Below are positions 60,596-64,000 of a stretch of DNA of 64,000 nucleotides, piece after piece. The notes below the pieces were generated by a model that worked only from the letters and a program-made list of their open reading frames with translations, had not been told where the DNA came from and searched no databases. The DNA comes from a bacterium (GTDB lineage Bacteria; UBA8248). The DNA lies in NCBI GenBank assembly GCA_965200245.1, contig CBDATS010000002.1, positions 256,001 to 320,000 on the forward strand, written 5' to 3'. Made by a program: the position numbers and the translations under genes. Each line of letters opens with the position of its first letter. Position 1 is the stretch's first letter.

Positions 60596-63500
60596 TTCGG
60601 GATCTCCGCACGTTCCAGCAGGCGCTTCAGATTGTACTGGACGGCGTTCTGCTCGAAGTTCGGCTCGTGTGCAGCGAGAGCACCCCGAACGTAGCGCGGC
60701 GGACCTGCAGATCCGTTACCTACCTCGACTATCGCGAGGATGAATTTTTCCGGCTCGTGTAGTGAAGTAATGATTTCCTGGCGTGTAATCATAACAGACT
60801 GAGCCCCATCCGCACGACCCTTGACCTCTATGAAGCGATGACCTCTGGTTTCGGGGTCGTAAGACTCGATGTCGTAACCGACCTTGTGCGCCGAGACGTC
60901 TACAGGTTCGTTGCCAAGTCCCCGTTCCGCCGCCATGACCGCATCCATGGCAGCAAACTCGATTTTTCGCCGTGCGTCCAGGTCGGCCGAAAAACCCTTC
61001 AAGTCGCCATCTCGCTCCGAGGCCGCTGTATCAATCAGTCCACGGGGAATGACCAGCATGCCACCACGGACGCGGGGTGGTCGCGAGGAGATGAATTTCT
61101 CCTGTTCCAGAATCGACATACGTCGCTTGAGGCGATCCGCTAGATATTCGGCGCGCTGTTCGGCGTTTTGCCAGCTGAGGCGTGTCTTCCTGCCGGCACG
61201 CTCCTGCTCTTTTAATTCATTGGCGCGGGAATACCAATGGTTGATCTCCTTGCTCAGACGTAACCTCACCTCATGTTCGACTTTTTCGATTTCGGGCAGA
61301 CGGCGCGCCCGGACGGCCGCGACATGCTCACGCGCCAGTTCCGTCGTCGCGAAATCGGTCGCCCTTTGTTCAAAACCACTGCGCAACCATGCCTCTGTCG
61401 ATGCGTCCTCTATGAGCGAGACTTCCTCGGGCCGCACAGGGCGCAGGTTCAGATGCGGTGCGACCCCCGCCCTGCTCACCTCACCATCCTTACCGATGGC
61501 TGCAAACTGGAGTTTTTGGGAAACGATGTGGGGCTTTCCTGTCGCTGTTGTCCGAGCGTCCTGGACACTGTGCTCCAGCAATACCACCGCCGACAACTCC
61601 TCGCCAGGATCGGTTTCATCCACCAGTACCGCGCCCTGCCGCATCAGGTAGTCGTATTTCTCTCGTATAATGCTGATCACAGATTCGAGAAGCGGGTGGC
61701 CGGGCGTAACGAATACGGCGACGGGTTGCAAGTCGATATTTTCCTTCTCGAAACATATCCGTTCGTAGCGCTTCTGGATAGCGGCCCCTGTGCCGATCTG
61801 ACGGTCGCGCTCGCGAACGGCAACTGGAACGTGGGTGATCTCCCAGCGGCCTTTCTCGCGCCGCTTCATGCGTCCGCCAAGATGCTGGAAGGCTTCGACG
61901 AAGAAGCTCTGGATATGACAGGGCTGTAGCCGCTGTGTCTGGGCGCGCTCCATGGCAAGACGAAGCTTTTCGACCGCAGCCACCCCGAGGGTGTTGCTGG
62001 TCAACGCCCGTCGTTCCAGGAGCCGGAGCAGGTGTTCCTGATCCGCTGCGCCGTCGACCTTTTCGAACAATCGGGCCTTGACCTCTTCCTGTTCACCGTA
62101 CTGAATGGCTTCGAACAGGAGGTCTTTCAATGCTGTATCCTCGAAGAGTTCGCCGAGCACGTCGTAGACCCGTCCCCCGAGTGCCTCGCGCGCAGTTTCC
62201 AGTTTTTCCAGCAATCGCGCGTACACTTCCCCCTCGCGCGTATCCGCCGCAACCAGATTCCACAAGTGGCAAACCTCTGTCTGTCCGATGCGGTGAATCC
62301 GCCCGAAACGCTGCTCGATTCGGTTCGGGTTCCAGGGCAGGTCGTAATTGACCATCAGATGACCGCGTTGAAGGTTCACGCCCTCGCCCGCGGCATCGTT
62401 GGCGACCAGCACCAGCAGGTCACGATCGGCCACGAAGCGCTCGACGGTTTTGCGCCTCTCTTCCCGGCGTATCCCGCCATGAATGGCTGCGACTGCATCG
62501 GGATTTCCCAGGCGGGCTCGGATTTTATCGACGAGGTAATTGAGCGTGTCCTTGGGTTCAGTGAAGACGATGAGTTTGCGTCGCGCCCCGTGCGCATCGA
62601 GCATCAAAGGATGATCGAGAATCTGATCGAGTTGCGACCACTTCGTGTCCTGCCCCGAATGAAACAGGGCGAGAGCCTGATCTTCCAGCTTCTTGAGTCT
62701 CTTGATCTCGATACCGAGCTGTTCAAGCGTCTCAGAGGCCGTGGACTCCGCTGCAATGCGTTCCTCCAAAGCTTCGACCTCACCCTGGTCGAATTCTTCG
62801 AAGTCATGCCATCTCTCGTCGTCCACATCCATATCATCAGGGCGCATAGCCTGACCTTTCGCCGCAAGGCGCGTTTCGCCAAGTTCGATCTCAAGTCGCT
62901 CGCGCCTGCGCTTGAGAGACCGGTAGATCGCTGCCGGAGAAGAAGCGAGGCGACGCTGCAGGATTTGAAGAGCGAACCCGACGGCGTTGCGCTTTCGCCC
63001 GTCGTTTTCCGCGAAACGCTGGACACGGTTCATCTCCGTGCGGACGTAGTCCGTTACGGCAGAGTAGAGTGCGGCTTCCTCGCCCGAGAGTTCGTATTTC
63101 GCGGTGTAGGCGCGCCGTTCGGGAAAGAGTGGACGCGCATCGAAACGTAACAGTTCCTCCTTGGTAAGCCTGCGCATCAAGTCTTCGGTGTCGGCGTAAT
63201 GAACACCGTCCCGAAAGCGTCCTTCGAACCGGTCGCCATCGATAAGCGCCATGAATAGCTGAAAGTCCTCCTCCTTGCCGTTGTGGGGAGTTACTGTCAT
63301 GAGCAGCAGGTGGCGGCACATCCGTCCCAGAAGCTGGCCAATCCGGTAGCGTTTCGTGTACTTCACTTCGCCACCGAACCAGGTGGCCGCCATCCTGTGT
63401 GCTTCGTCGCAGACGATCAGATCCCATTCTGTCGCTTGCTCGATCTTCTCCTGAAGTGTCTCGTCGCGCGCCAGCATGTCGAGCCGCGCGATCAGGTGAT

Positions 63501-64000
63501 TGCGTTCCCCGAAGGGATTGCCCGAGCGTGAGGTCTCTATCATCTCGCGTGTGAGAATATCGAACTCGAGCGAGAATTTCTCCCCGAGTTCGTCCTGCCA
63601 CTGTTCGACCAGACTCCCGGGGGCGACGATAAGGCATCGCTCCAGATCGGCACGCGCGATGAGCTCCTTGATTAGCAACCCGGCCATGATCGTCTTGCCT
63701 GCGCCCGGATCGTCAGCGAGGAGAAAGCGCAGCGGCTGGCGAGGGAGCATCTCACCGTAAACGGCGGATATCTGGTGGGGTAACGGGTCCACGCGGCTTG
63801 TATGAATGGCGAGATAGGGATCGAAATGGTATGCAAGTTCAATCCGGTTCGCCTCGGTGACCAGACGCAGAAGTGCCCGTCCCCGTCAAATGACCAAGCT
63901 CGGCCGCGCTCTTCGACCCCGAGGCGCGATTCATCGTCGCGATATAGAGTGGTCTCCGATACGCCGCCGTTCGGTTCGCGATAAACAAGGTTGATCGCCT
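60592..64000 (-). pseudogene. SNF2-family helicase with C-terminal DUF3883 nuclease domain; frameshift near 63877, 5' end outside window
   Basis: LADDPGAGKT, DEAH, GEGVNLQ, EQRFGRIHRIGQ, GYDIES..FIEVKG; upstream WSFDGDG is in a different frame from ALLRLVTEA. Confidence 0.85.

Overview
GC-rich (~60%) bacterial chromosomal window, mostly metabolic and housekeeping genes: 2-oxoacid dehydrogenase E1b/E2, CitE-like lyase, pepA, an AtzA/TriA-like plus AtzD/barbiturase-like amidohydrolase pair, PrpB-PrpD-PrpD, glcDEF, MqnD, four MFS transporters, DsbA, leuS, mgtE and hflX. It also holds two decaying defence islands: EcoRII-type REase/Vsr/Dcm with an integrase relic at ~19-23 kb, and SNF2-DUF3883 helicase/AlbA_2/ParA/DUF1156 truncated by an IS256 relic at 56.7-64 kb. 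The most unusual signal is a dispersed, enzyme-less set of NHLP-leader RiPP precursor loci at ~6.4-6.95 kb and ~48.6-49.4 kb. They share a conserved non-coding 5' element with a GNRA-capped hairpin, have very short hypervariable aromatic cores, and are each followed by partial 'leader-end + alternative core' copies. Features the ORF track misses: a deiodinase-like selenoprotein (UGA plus SECIS-like hairpin, 23353-23991), a stand-alone 31-aa basic peptide gene with its own promoter, RBS and terminator, a probable ATC start for hflX, and an IS256-derived 72-bp MITE. No rRNA, tRNA or CRISPR array was recognised. Family calls come from motif recognition by eye, not from database searches.
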